Assembly: GCA_032718475.1 (NCBI GenBank)
Contig: JAUCBJ010000118.1
Span: 1 to 64,000 of the forward strand
Length of the DNA: 64,000 nucleotides
Direction of reading: 5' to 3'
DNA from: Nemertoderma westbladi
Taxonomy: Eukaryota; Animalia; Xenacoelomorpha
Position 1 is the first letter of the stretch, and the number at the start of each line of letters is the position of its first letter. Below the pieces are notes generated by a model, which saw only the letters and a list, made by a program, of their open reading frames with translations, made no database searches and was not told the DNA's origin. Below are positions 1-11,517 of this stretch, piece after piece. The position numbers and the translations under genes are program-made.

Positions 1-1
1 A

Positions 2-1441
2 ATTATCGATATATAAATTTCTCGGATTATGATCAGTTCTATAGGGAATATCATTATCAACAGGTCTATAATTACCCTTAATAGGGTTCACTATAGGAGT
101 TTCTACTTCGCTAGCAGTATATATGCGTGTAGGCTCCACACCTTGCGCATGAGATACTTCAGACCTAACAGGTTGACACATTGTTACAGAGGGTGGTGGT
201 ATACCTCTTTGAGTATTTACTAATTTATCGCGTTCTAGCGCGATACTTTGCTGCACTTCTTGCAACTCTAGCCTACTTTCCCTCACTGTTCCCTTTAAAT
301 GTTGGACAGTCCCTTCCAACTCTCGGACCTGTTGGGAGGAGCGTATCCGATTCTCCTTCATCTCTCCGAGGAGAATATCCATCCCCCGCCGTCTCTCGTC
401 TACCCAATCAAGCGCCGAAACGGGATCCGCCAACGTCGTAGCGGGCAGACGAGGGACAACGGGCGACAAATTTGGAATATTTCGCTCGGGGTCCAGGACC
501 TGAACTGTCTCCTGGGCAGTTCTATGGGGCACAGGTAGCTTAGTGCTATGCAGAGGGAATTTATAGGTAGCTTCAGGGAGCACAGGTGTATCTATTATCG
601 AAGGGGTGATTTCAAGAACAGGCCTACTTATTTCAGGCTCATCTACTATAGTAGGGAGTCTTTCTATTGTAATTATTTGGTCTGTGGGTTCTGTACTCTC
701 TAAGTTGGTGTTATTTAGTTGCCTTCTAACAGCTGGAGGCAAATCAGGCAATTTCTGACGGTGGAATGTTCTTTTACGTCTGCTTAGGCGGGATCGATTT
801 CCTCCGCCTTCAGTGTCGGTGGTATCGCCTTCCTCAGATGATGTATATCCCTGTCGTTTGGGAGTAGATCGATTCATCATCTGCATATTACTAGCTGCTA
901 ACTGTTTACTGAAGTCGTCCCGCTTCTCTTGAAGACCCTCCAACTCCAGTTGGATGATCTCTTCAGCCGCTTTTCGTTCTACTTCCGCCACTGCTGCCGC
1001 TTTTGCCTCTGTTCGTTCTGCTTCCGCCACTGTTCGTTCTGCTTCCGCCACTGCTGCCGCTTTTGCCGCTGCCGCTGCCGCTTTTGCCTCTGCCGCTGCC
1101 GCTTTTCTTTCTGCCTCTGCCACTGCTGCTATCTTTCTGTCTTCTATACGCTTTTTCCTTACTTGTTCTTCCCTTTCTCTAGCGATGCGGAGTTGTTCAT
1201 CGAATTTAGCTTGGTTCGCCGCTAACCTATCCACATCAATCGCATCTAACACAAGTTTGGCTCCTTCGCTATTAGGGCTAAGTCCCTCCAGCCTTCTCCT
1301 CAACTCGTCATCTCCTAAAAAACGCTGATAGTCTGACAGATAGATGTCAATGGCATCCCTCTTATGCGGTTTCTCTGCTGTCACTTCGCTCTCGGTTGTA
1401 TCTAGTAGACTGTCTGACAGGTTCTGCTTTGCGTCAGACAT
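2..1441 (-). CDS. Partial Gag-like/coiled-coil protein (>=480 aa, open to window edge)
   Basis: Manual translation from ATG at 1441 (MSDAKQNLSDSLLDTT...) finds no stop down to position 2; Ala/Glu/Lys helical repeats (AEAERKAAAAEAKAAAA), Pro-rich linker and a second coiled coil. Absent from the ORF track because it has no stop in the window. Confidence 0.6.
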   Translation of the reverse strand, partial: MSDAKQNLSDSLLDTTESEVTAEKPHKRDAIDIYLSDYQRFLGDDELRRRLEGLSPNSEGAKLVLDAIDVDRLAANQAKFDEQLRIAREREEQVRKKRIEDRKIAAVAEAERKAAAAEAKAAAAAAKAAAVAEAERTVAEAERTEAKAAAVAEVERKAAEEIIQLELEGLQEKRDDFSKQLAASNMQMMNRSTPKRQGYTSSEEGDTTDTEGGGNRSRLSRRKRTFHRQKLPDLPPAVRRQLNNTNLESTEPTDQIITIERLPTIVDEPEISRPVLEITPSIIDTPVLPEATYKFPLHSTKLPVPHRTAQETVQVLDPERNIPNLSPVVPRLPATTLADPVSALDWVDERRRGMDILLGEMKENRIRSSQQVRELEGTVQHLKGTVRESRLELQEVQQSIALERDKLVNTQRGIPPPSVTMCQPVRSEVSHAQGVEPTRIYTASEVETPIVNPIKGNYRPVDNDIPYRTDHNPRNLYIDN

Positions 1442-2762
1442 GCTTATGTGTACAGTTGAATGTCTACTGCTGTATTACAGTCTGAGCAAGTCTAGTAACT
1501 CAGTATTAACTGCTAGCCTAGTAATTAATTACCGGTACTGCTACTCAGTGTAGCGTGATATATATAATATATTAGAATACCGGTATGCTTATAGTATATA
1601 TAACTATTATTACAGACTAGGTTTATCACAGAATACCGGTATAATTTTAGCACAAATATATATAAATATATAATAGGCCTATCGGAATACCGGTATGCAG
1701 TTTACACTTATAGTGTATATATATAAGTATAATTACAAACTAGAATTAATTACAGAATACCGGTATGATTTCAACCTAAAATTTATAGAAATAAATATAA
1801 TAAGCCTATTGTAAATACCGGTATATCAATTATTTTAAATAACTGAATTTCTGAATTTCAAGGGTTACTTGGTTACCTTACTTACTTTATTACCGTTATT
1901 TGAGCAGTAATCCAACTGATATTGAGACCTAATGGTTGTATGGTAGGCCTACTATTTATAAATCGTTAGATTTGATTTATAATATATATATACCCGTTTT
2001 AATGGGTTTTGTCAATGTTTGAAATAAATGTTATTATTTCTGGGGAGTAATCACTACACAAAGCGGTGCGCTTTCAGTGAAGTGTTACTTATAGGACACT
2101 AAAACAAATAATTCTAATTTACCTAAGTTACTTAATACTACAAATTACGTACAATTCGGGTGAGATTACAATCTCTAAATAAACACAAAAATTTACAAAA
2201 ACATAAAATACGAATTTTCAGGGTAATTTTACAAGAAGTCTACAAACCAGCCTAACAAAGGGTTAGAATTCTGGTTATTACAACGGACAGGGTACTACGG
2301 TATTTGAAATAATAAGTAGTAGTAAATACACTGCGTTGTCCAGATAGGAAAATACCACCGCCTGACGACCTATAGCCGTATCGCTATAGGTTCTACGTTA
2401 TGTATCACGGAGTGTTCCTACCTAGAAGTTAATAGAGCTAATCGAACGTGCCTATTAACCACTTTATAACACAAATATAATGCCTACACTAATTACTTTC
2501 GGAAAGCACTGTACACTAAACCCTAAATTAGGTACGAGTACTTGTACAACATATAATCAGTAGTTAAATATACTTGAACAGCTAAAAGAACCACGGCATC
2601 TGCTGGAGTGACCGATGCACAAAATCACCAGTCTTTACCTACGCCAAGCAGCCCGTGTAGTACCGGGGTTAATTTAACTATAGCGGTATGTATAACAAAC
2701 ACAATTACTGTAGGAACAAACTTGGGGAATGAATGTTGCGGATAATCGCATAAACTCTGAAT

Positions 2763-3335
2763 AATAAATATTACGCTACGCGTACAAACTACTCAAACAA
2801 AATGCAGACCAAATACCGACAGACTACCATCAAGCCTAAACAAACTACGGTATATGCAGACTCCGAAATGATTAGGCAGTATGCGTTCTAACCCAGTAGT
2901 ACGACTTATTCTTTAATTGGGGGTTTACCTTACCGCATTGGCTGCCCCTACTTCCTAACCGTACTTAATCGGACAGAGGCTCTACACACACTACAATCCG
3001 TTCAGACCTAATAACAGCCAGACAACTATCCAGTCTACAAATTATCTAAATAAATATTATACGCTACCTGTACGGACTTACACAAACAAAGTACAGACTA
3101 AACGATGGCAGACTACTCTCAAGCCTAAATAAACTACAGGACATGCAGACTCCGAAATGATTAGGCAGTATGCGTTCTAACCCAGTAGTACGACTTATTC
3201 TTTAGTTGGGGGTTTACCTTACAGCATTCGCTGCCCCTACTTCCTAACCGTACTTAATCGGACAGGTGATCTACACACACTGCAATCCGTTCAGACTTAA
3301 CAGCAATCAGACAACAGCTCAGCCTACAAATTGTC
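2763..3335. repeat. Tandem duplication, two ~287-bp copies
   Basis: Block ATGCAGACTCCGAAATGATTAGGCAGTATGCGTTCTAACCCAGTAGTACGACTTATTCTTTA...CTTCCTAACCGTACTTAATCGGACAG occurs near 2854 and 3143. Confidence 0.9.
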
Positions 3336-4913
3336 TGTACAATCTGATCAGGCTTACACGCCTTCTGTTCAATACTGGCCTACAAACAAATAAAACTTGA
3401 CAGAAATAAGTAAAAATCTCAATAAAAAACCAGGGCTGCAGTCCCTGATTAATTATTAAGGCCTACCGGTATACAACAATCAAATCGAATAATACTAATG
3501 TACTTATACGGGAAGTACCGGTTAGGACAGTTAGGCCTACGGACCTACAGAAGTACCGGTTCTGGCAGTTGGACCTACGGACCTACGGCAGTACCGGTTC
3601 TGGCAGTTGGGCCTACTGACCTACAGATGTACCGTTCAGGTTTACCGGTTGACCGGTACTTTCAACTTTATTGCTTACTGCAATAAAGAAGCTATATCCG
3701 TTATTGTTCGCGCTTTCAGACCTTTGGCAGTTTAACCCGCCAAATTAGGATGTCTTCTAGATAATAAATCACCTTTAGTCTATGACAAGTATTTAATTCA
3801 CTACACTAGTCGAAACCAATCTGTGCGCGATCATTCACCCGCTGGATATACCCGGGAGATTGGGTTCGACGGCTTAATTTTATTGCTATGTAAGCCTAAT
3901 GTATTATTCGACTGACTGTATTATATAATCTCTGACAATATTATTCACCTTCGGGAAATATTAACAGTTCCTTTAGGACGTGGCGCTCTATCTATACAAA
4001 CAGAGTTATGACTTAAACTACTCACAACGATATGGCTTAGTTACAATTCACATATATGGCGCATTCTTTAGGAAATGCTTCGTTATCAGTCTCACTCATA
4101 CACAATGCTGCACAATACTGCACACTGATCTGCCGATCTTCACTGATTTTAGTCACATATAAAAGGAACACGGACCGAATCATGTAGGGTCTATCAAATA
4201 ACATTAGATTCACTTCAAACCACTCAACATAGGTCGCAATCATTTATCTGTAACCTTTCTCTCTTACCTTCGGTATATCAAGAATATTGGGTTTCGGGGT
4301 TATTTATCGTTATTCCAAATATAATAATTCATCAACCATATTATGAAGAACTGACAGCAAATAGCAGTATAACAATATAAAGTATGCACAGTGTTACACA
4401 GTATGCAGTGTATGCAGTACTGCAGTATGCAGTATGCAGTATGCAGACATCAGACATCAGATAACGGATATATGTCCTTATAATTAAGCCTACTAGTGTA
4501 AGACTAAAAACTGAAACACGGAGGTGCCAAAAGCCAGTTCTTAGGCTCTGGGCAAAAACATAACACTGAACTACTGAGTTTCTGTATACACCTCCAACAC
4601 AGAGACAACAAACGCTCTGATTGGTCAACCTGAACAACGAGAGAACAAAGAAACAAAGAAACGTCGACGTGGCAATATCAGCTGCTAGCCGTCGTCATGG
4701 TAGCGACACTGTTTTCAAGAGTATCGAGCTTTTACGTCACGGAATTACGGATTATGTCCTCTAAAGTACAAATACAGAAGAAATAGCTTTTATGTCCGCT
4801 AAAACACCAGTACAGCAAGGACACGGCCTTTTTATGCCTGGTAAACCAACTACAGAGTATTTTACGGGAAAAATAAGGAAAAATAACCGGACAATTCAGC
4901 AAAAGCTTTTACA

Positions 4914-5095
4914 AACGACGACGTGGCCACCAACTACACACATATACCCTCCCTCGATATTATATTATATTATATCGATTGCCAACTCAACGATTTAGCC
5001 CCCGCTAGCTAGCGCTACTCCTCGACGGCTGTCACCAACCTCCTAGTATGATACATGAAATTCCATTCCGTTCCAGCTACGTGTATACGAGCATT
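4914..5095 (+). repeat. Polinton left TIR (imperfect, truncated)
   Basis: AACGACGACGTGGCCACCAACTAC, ATATTATATTATATCGATTGCCAACTC, CATGAAATTCC and GTATACGAGCATT match, in order, the reverse complement of 22567-22724. Confidence 0.85.
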
Positions 5096-5326
5096 AGTGA
5101 TTATTATTATTACGCAATAATTTTTGTTTAAACTGCATTTCCCTACCGGCTAATCAACCAATCAATAAACCGAATTTAGGCTATTTCTCAGTTTAAGACC
5201 TGTATTATTTTTGAAAATATCTTATATATATAATCTCTTGCTTTAATCACAATTAATCATTTGTAATGGTTTTAGTTTAAAAGTTTTTACTTTGTTTGTT
5301 TGATTTACAATAAAATAAATTAAATA

Positions 5327-5749
5327 ATGTCTTCTGATTCCGATATGGTTATGCCAATAGTAAGGCATTCATTTTTTGCAGAAGATGGTCAAACCTATAT
5401 TGTTATTGATTATACAATTTACCGTCAGGGAGATGATAAATATAAAATTGAGTTTTCTGAAAAAGCCAGGAAAGTTTTAAGCTCAATTGATATTGATGCT
5501 TCTGATAATAGTTTTCATCTCTTAGATTACAACCTGAAAGTTGAGCATGAGGGAAAATTAATCAACATCTTACTATTATCCATGATAGAGGGGTTTATTG
5601 TTATTACACAATACAACGAAGCTGGTGAAAAGTTTGAAATACGGCTAAATCGGCATAGCCCCTACGAAATTATGTCTTTCTTTATTGTAATGATTTCAAA
5701 AGAATCCTTTATCGAACCTGAAGAATCAACAGATAATGTTGAATATTGA
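5327..5749 (+). CDS. Hypothetical Polinton protein (140 aa)
   Basis: ATG-initiated ORF with globular composition, first gene inside the left TIR; no motif recognised. Confidence 0.6.
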   Translation: MSSDSDMVMPIVRHSFFAEDGQTYIVIDYTIYRQGDDKYKIEFSEKARKVLSSIDIDASDNSFHLLDYNLKVEHEGKLINILLLSMIEGFIVITQYNEAGEKFEIRLNRHSPYEIMSFFIVMISKESFIEPEESTDNVEY

Positions 5750-5937
5750 TAATATCATTGATTCTTGACTTTTCCCTCTATATTATAAATATTTTATGAT
5801 TATTTTTAAAATTTTAATGTTTTTAAATAATCGAAAATTGTAGTAGTAATTGTATATACAGTATAACAGATTTGTTTGTTGTTGTTGTTGTTGTGTATTG
5901 AGGTAATTATTTTCAATTTACTTTAAAATTTGGAAAA

Positions 5938-6390
5938 ATGGATATTTTAAATGAACAATGTCCAGTTTGCTATTCTAAGTTATTGCAACAACATCGAGAT
6001 TATTATAAATGTGAAAATAAACATGCAACTTGCGTACAATGTATTGTACAATATTCCGAAATGAATAATTATTGTTCTAAAATTTGTCCTATTTGTCGCG
6101 CACCCATATCTAAGTTTAATATAAAGTTGGCAAGTTATCAACCCTATTATTGGAAAGAGCTTCGAAATATAACTTATATTTCTGCGGAAAGTAATGATCC
6201 GGGAGATTTATTTACAATATTGGAGAATATTTTTTATAGAAATGTAGTACGACGGTGTTGCTACTATATTCCTTATTTTTTTAGCAGCGAACATAAAAAA
6301 ATCATTAGTGCGAAATTCTCGGGAAGTGATTTCCAAACCGCCGATGTTACCTATCATTATTTCGCGTATAAAGATGCTCACCATGCTTGA
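5938..6390 (+). CDS. RING-finger (C3HC4-like) protein, putative E3 ligase
   Basis: CPVC-x13-CENKHATCVQC-x13-CPICRAPI spacing with the typical CPxCR ending. Confidence 0.8.
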   Translation: MDILNEQCPVCYSKLLQQHRDYYKCENKHATCVQCIVQYSEMNNYCSKICPICRAPISKFNIKLASYQPYYWKELRNITYISAESNDPGDLFTILENIFYRNVVRRCCYYIPYFFSSEHKKIISAKFSGSDFQTADVTYHYFAYKDAHHA

Positions 6391-6606
6391 AATTACATCA
6401 GTCTATACTATAATTGGAAATAGCACCTTTTGTTGCAGCGAGCGTCACATACTGTAGTTGTGTCATATGTTAATTAAATATACAGTACTCTAATATTGTA
6501 GTTGCCTCAATTATTGTTATATACATAGTAATGGTGATGGTTTATTGATATTGATATTTATATTATATTATATTGTATTGTTGATATATCTTAATAATAA
6601 TAATAA

Positions 6607-7290
6607 ATGGCTGACTTTAATTCAGGTCCATGTAATTTAAACTTTCAAATGGGAACGAGTATGATAATTTCTGGGCCATCTGGTTCTGGAAAGTCAACCT
6701 TTGTAAGCAATTTAATTAAACACAAGAATGGTTGTTTCAACGAAGCCCCCTTGCGAGTATTGTATTGTTACGGGAGCAATCCCCCGACTATTCCCGGTAT
6801 TACTCACCTTTACAAAGGTTTGCCTGAAAATATAGATAGTTTAGTGAATAGTCGAGATTTATTAATTATAGATGATTTATTAACAGAAACTGAGTCCAGT
6901 ACAGCTTTAACTGTATTGTTTACTAAGGTAGCTCATCATTCCAATATATTTATTTGTTTTATAACGCAAAACATGTTTTACGGTGGGAAGCATAACCGCA
7001 CAAGATCAATTAATAGCCGTACTTTAGTATTAATGAAAAATCCGCGAGACAGTTTATCGGTTTTAAATTTCGCGAAGCAGATGTTACCAGGGCAGACCAA
7101 ATTTTTAGTTGATTCCTATCAAGATGCAACTATTGAACCATTTTCGCATTTCTTAATTGATTTACGACAGGAAACACCCGAACATTTAAGATTTAGATCG
7201 GATATATTTCGTAATCATAATTGTTACATTAAAAATTACATTGACTATAAACGTAGTGAAAATAATAATAATAATAATAATGATAAATAA
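6607..7290 (+). CDS. Polinton DNA-packaging ATPase (A32/FtsK-HerA family)
   Basis: Walker A GPSGSGKS, Walker B LLIIDD, LFTKVAHHSNI..ITQN motif, KNPRD. Confidence 0.93.
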   Translation: MADFNSGPCNLNFQMGTSMIISGPSGSGKSTFVSNLIKHKNGCFNEAPLRVLYCYGSNPPTIPGITHLYKGLPENIDSLVNSRDLLIIDDLLTETESSTALTVLFTKVAHHSNIFICFITQNMFYGGKHNRTRSINSRTLVLMKNPRDSLSVLNFAKQMLPGQTKFLVDSYQDATIEPFSHFLIDLRQETPEHLRFRSDIFRNHNCYIKNYIDYKRSENNNNNNNDK

Positions 7291-7327
7291 TTATTATTTT
7301 GTAACAATTTTCAATAATGTTGCAACA

Positions 7328-7710
7328 ATGAATAGACTTGTGCAGAAATATCGTAACGAACTGGAATTTCTACGCAGCGCTACCCCTCAACAAAGAACTT
7401 ATTTTATAACCATACCGTGAGTAACGAATTAATACGGCTCATTGTAAATACTGCATTAAATGTTCTAAAAGGTAACGTACAATTAACCCCTCATTCATTT
7501 AGAAATATTCGCCGCTATAAGAAGGTATTGAAATCACTCAACCGTAAAACAAAAAATATATCAAGTTACAGAAAAAAGTTAAGCAATCAATCTGGAGGTA
7601 TACTACCATTTCTAATACCCTTACTCGGCATTGGTGCGAAACTCGCCGCGAGTGCCGGTGCCGCCGCCGCTGGAGCAGCTATTGCGAAAAAAATTAACCG
7701 CGGACGGTAA
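7328..7710 (+). pseudogene. Polinton basic virion protein with adenovirus pX-like C-terminus; N-terminus probably frameshifted
   Basis: C-terminal QSGG|ILPFLIPLLGIGAKLAASAG resembles the adenovirus pX GG|ILPLLIPLIAAAIGA cleavage site and amphipathic peptide; upstream MNRLVQKYRNELEFLRSATPQQR (ATG 7328) is in a different frame from 7417-7710. Confidence 0.65.
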
Positions 7711-7934
7711 TAATGGTTAAAACAGGAGTAACATTTAGAAAATTATATTTAGTATCGAGTAAACCGTTAGCTACTGATTTAAAACCTCAAGATATACCTA
7801 GAGTAAATACTACAAAAAGAAAACCCTTTAAAACATCAACTTCAAAGAAAATAATTAAAAAATTTCAGTTGTTCTTACGGTGATGCCCTTTATAAGAGAT
7901 TTGAATATACATATTACTTGCGGTTGTCGAAAAG

Positions 7935-8992
7935 ATGCCACGCAAGATGAAACCAATTTTAAGCCGAAGCTTAGACAAAAAACTGTTAAGAATTTATTTA
8001 GATCCTTCATCCCCCGCGGGATTTGCAAGTGTTGCAAAATTAGCAAAAGCTGCAAACATCAAACCAGCACAAGCCCAGAAATGGCTGAGAGGGCAAAAGA
8101 CATACACCCTTCACGCTCCACGTAGACATCATTATCCAACATCTAAAATATTTACGGGAGGCTTAAAAGATATATATATGATAGATCTGGTGGATATGCA
8201 GCAATATAAATCGCAAAATAATAATTATAACTATATATTAACATGTATTGATGCCTTTAGCAGGCTTGCTTTTGCCTATGGTATGAAAACAAAAAAGGGT
8301 ATTGAAATTATTAGTATAGTAGAATCGCGACTGATCAAGGTTCTGAGTTTCTAAATAAATCTGTAAGGAAATATTTAGATACGTTAGGTATACAGTATTA
8401 CGTAATGTATTCTGTGAATAAGGCGGCTATTGTCGAGAGATTCAATAGAACATTAAAAACAAAGATGTTCAAAATTTTCACGCAACGAGGAAATAATGTT
8501 TGGATTAAAATTTTACCAAAGCTCATTTATGCTTATAATAGGTCATATCATAGGACAATAAAAATGACACCTATTGAAGTTAATAAATTTAATGAAACTG
8601 AATTACTGAATAGATTATATGGGAAATATAAACAGATTAATCATAAGAAAATAAAATTTAAAGTTGGAGATACAGTACGATTATCTATCGCACGTACTGC
8701 TTTTGCTAAAGGCTATCGAGAACAATGGACACGTGAATTATTTATTATTCATCGTGTCAGGTTGGATAGAGTACCAGCGGTAATGTTCGATATTAAGGAC
8801 AGCGCTGGAGCTATAATAAATGGCTCATTTTATTCTCACGAACTCCAAAAGGTCCACCCGAATAGTAATATTTATCTACCAATTGACAAAAATATTGGCA
8901 AACTTAAAGAACGTGTACGCAATGGGAAGAAAGAATATTTAGTCCGATTCATCGGATCCAAGAAACAGTCGTGGGTACAGCATATTCAATAA
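7935..8992 (+). pseudogene. Polinton retroviral-type (RVE) integrase, frameshifted near 8315-8325
   Basis: YLDPSSPAGFAS, YTLH, IDLVDM, TCIDAFSR in the first ORF; ATDQGSEF and VERFNRTLK in the second frame; C-terminal chromodomain-like KEYLVRFIG..SWV. A short deletion separates the halves. Confidence 0.92.
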
Positions 8993-9242
8993 GCTTAGGT
9001 TTATACTGTATATTAATTCATTTTGGTTGCATATGACCGTAATTAATCAATATTAACTCGAATGATATTACTATATCTATAGTTCATCAGCTTTAAATAA
9101 AGCCAGTAAAATATTGATCCCTCGCATATACTGTAGAAGATGCGACAATGAACGTGGTCACAGATGTCTATAATTTAACATTATACTGTACTGTATGTAC
9201 AATGGAGTCAAGTAGAGAGAGAGAGCTTAAATAATAATAATA

Positions 9243-10115
9243 ATGGCCACAGATACATATATCACTCTACTTTCAGATAGCTCATTAAACACTTACCCCA
9301 ATAATAATCCTAGCGAGTTTACTGTTGATTTAGCCGAAGAATTATATATTGGTCCAAACGCTAAAATTTGGCTTGCCGAGCTACAATACCAAGCAACATA
9401 CAGCAATATTACGCTGCAAACTCAAATCTCGCTGTCAATCGGGGTAGATGCAAAAGATGCCAAATTATATTGTTTATTTCCTGGTATGCATAGCTCTATT
9501 CAAGTGATTATTGATGATATAAATAAACTGTTTAATTCTGAAGCGAAATATAGAGATTTCGAATTCATTTTTAATACAAATAATTCTAGAATTAAATTTA
9601 AATTTCCTAAAAAGTTGAAAAAAATACAATTAAGTCTACGTGGTGATTTAATACAAATTCTAGGCTTAAAACCGTTATTGGATCGGAATCATCCGGGTAT
9701 TCCGAATTGGGATATATACAGTACCACTACAGTAGATGAATTAAGCAATATAGAACAGCCGATATTAATTTTAAATTATAGCGGACCAAAAATTTCGGAA
9801 ATTGGCATTTTAGATTTTACAGCTCCCACGAATATAACACGTAATAAAGACACTATTTTTATATATACTGATATTATTAAGAGCTCATTTGTTGGTGACG
9901 CTTTAGCTCCGCTCTTAAGAACCTGCCCTTTAACGCAATTAAATCGAAAATATATTAATCACGAATACGAGAGCATTTGCTATTACCCGTTGTTGAATAA
10001 AAAACTAAAAACAATCTTAATTACTTTACGTGACGGACAAGGCGAATTAATTAATTTTAGCGGAGGTCGCACTGTTATAACACTTAAGTTAATACGCGGT
10101 GGGGATGATGGATGA
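9243..10115 (+). CDS. Minor capsid (penton-like) protein, copy 1
   Basis: N-terminal YITLLSDSSLNTYPNNNPSEFTVDL..LAELQY and C-terminal FIYTDII..VGDALAPLLR..YYPL..ITLRDGQGELINF, typical of Polinton minor capsid proteins. Confidence 0.85.
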   Translation: MATDTYITLLSDSSLNTYPNNNPSEFTVDLAEELYIGPNAKIWLAELQYQATYSNITLQTQISLSIGVDAKDAKLYCLFPGMHSSIQVIIDDINKLFNSEAKYRDFEFIFNTNNSRIKFKFPKKLKKIQLSLRGDLIQILGLKPLLDRNHPGIPNWDIYSTTTVDELSNIEQPILILNYSGPKISEIGILDFTAPTNITRNKDTIFIYTDIIKSSFVGDALAPLLRTCPLTQLNRKYINHEYESICYYPLLNKKLKTILITLRDGQGELINFSGGRTVITLKLIRGGDDG

Positions 10116-10953
10116 ATTCTACGTAAGACTACCAAGTAACTCCTGTCCAATTGATTTTCCCCGCAATAGCGCTAGTAATTATCAGATCAATTTCCATGGC
10201 GCCTTACCTATAAACCCAAACGAAAACTGGGTGGTAGGTATAAAAAGTATATTTTACTTAGCAACGTTGCCGTCCATGTATAACAATGTAGAGAATGTTA
10301 TTTTATTAAAAAAAGGGAAAAAAAATTTTGAGGATACACTTCCATTCGGTTTGTTCTACAGTATCAATGACATTATAGATTATTTTAACACTGGGGCATT
10401 GAAAGATAAATTACAAATAGTTGAAAATACTCAGCAAAATAGGTTGCAATTTATTTTAGGGAAAACTGTGCGAGAGTTATTTATAGGTCAACAATTAGCC
10501 TATTATTTTGGAATTAATGAAAATAATCTCGGCGCGAATTTAAATCCAAATTTTAAAATTATTTTGAAGACGAAAAATAACATAAAGGGTTATTTAATAA
10601 AGGTTATCGGAAATGGAGAAAAAGCTTACCAGATGGTATTTTTATGCCCTCAACCGCCCAATTCTATTCCAGAACCTAAGTCGAACATGTACGTGACTAC
10701 TAATATAATTGAAAATCAATATATTAATGACTTTGGTTTAGCTTTACTTCGTCGTGTTGCGATACCTGATGATGTGAAATATGGTAGCGTAATAAATAAA
10801 GAATTTGTCAAGGATACAATTCATTATATCCCTGTAAAAAAATCATATAAGATAACATACATTCATATTGAAATAACAGACAAAGAAGGAAAAGATTTGA
10901 ATTTTGAATACAGGACAACATCTATTACATTACACTTTAAACAAATAAATTAA
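10105..10953 (+). CDS. Minor capsid (penton-like) protein, copy 2
   Basis: FYVRLPSNSC..FPRNSASNY..WVVGIKSI and MYVTTNII..ALLRRV..HYIPV..IHIEITDKEG..LNF..TSITLHF; paralogous to the preceding ORF. Confidence 0.82.
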   Translation: MMDEFYVRLPSNSCPIDFPRNSASNYQINFHGALPINPNENWVVGIKSIFYLATLPSMYNNVENVILLKKGKKNFEDTLPFGLFYSINDIIDYFNTGALKDKLQIVENTQQNRLQFILGKTVRELFIGQQLAYYFGINENNLGANLNPNFKIILKTKNNIKGYLIKVIGNGEKAYQMVFLCPQPPNSIPEPKSNMYVTTNIIENQYINDFGLALLRRVAIPDDVKYGSVINKEFVKDTIHYIPVKKSYKITYIHIEITDKEGKDLNFEYRTTSITLHFKQIN

Positions 10954-10954
10954 A

Positions 10955-11515
10955 ATGGATTCTGATTTATTTCAAAGATACAGTAAACCTCAATATGGTG
11001 GTGCCGACTCTAATCTTGCTGTTTTTAAAGGTGGTAGAAGTACGAGAGGCTCGACGCAAGTTCCTGTTTTTAGAGGTGGTTCATATATTGACCCTTACGG
11101 TCAACAAATTGGTGCATTTGGTCCAAACTTAAAACAACGTCGTTTTCAGCGTTATCGTAGAGGTATGCAGGCAAATCAACACGGAGAAGGTATATTTACA
11201 GACGCTTTATCGACATTGAAAAAATTTGGTAAGCCATTAGCTAAAAAAGTTTTACAAAAAGCTTTACCATTTACCACAAAATTTATGAGACAACACGTAA
11301 TACCAAAAGGTAAGCGGGTCTTACATCAGCAGGCTAATACGGTTATTAATAAAGCATTAAATAAAATGAAACCGTCAACAAGGTCAGTTGTAGAAAAAGT
11401 TTATAGAGAGTTAAAGCGACCCGCTAGACCATTGTCTATGAACATACATCATCGACGTAGTAAAAAGAGAAATATAAAAGGCAAACTGAAACACTGCGAA
11501 AAAAGTATTTTTTAA
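10955..11515 (+). CDS. Basic core/membrane-active virion protein
   Basis: Arg/Lys-rich, repeated xGG candidate protease sites (QYGG, FKGG, FRGG), QHGEG followed by an amphipathic helix IFTDALSTLKKFGKPLAKKVL; sits immediately before the MCP. Confidence 0.65.
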   Translation: MDSDLFQRYSKPQYGGADSNLAVFKGGRSTRGSTQVPVFRGGSYIDPYGQQIGAFGPNLKQRRFQRYRRGMQANQHGEGIFTDALSTLKKFGKPLAKKVLQKALPFTTKFMRQHVIPKGKRVLHQQANTVINKALNKMKPSTRSVVEKVYRELKRPARPLSMNIHHRRSKKRNIKGKLKHCEKSIF

Positions 11516-11517
11516 TA

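Larger units (their letters stand above)
1..4913 (-). mobile_element. 5' part of a putative LTR retrotransposon (LTR start, long repetitive leader, Gag-like ORF) continuing beyond the window start
   Basis: Minus strand begins TGTAAAAG at 4913, exactly where similarity to the Polinton right TIR stops; ~3.4 kb ORF-poor leader with internal duplications, then a long open frame. No pol or second LTR inside the window; PBS not confidently seen. Confidence 0.5.

Noticed and set aside
929-1553. + strand Cys-rich and Ala/Ser-rich ORFs
   Set aside because: Antisense shadows of the long minus-strand ORF 1441-2.
4517-4530. Possible primer-binding site TGGCACCTCCGTG on the minus strand
   Set aside because: Not preceded by a CA LTR end and no convincing tRNA match by eye.
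6594-9245. (TAA)n-ATG / TAAATG as poxvirus-like late promoters
   Set aside because: (AAT)n tracts also occur inside ORFs and in host DNA here, so enrichment cannot be shown by eye.
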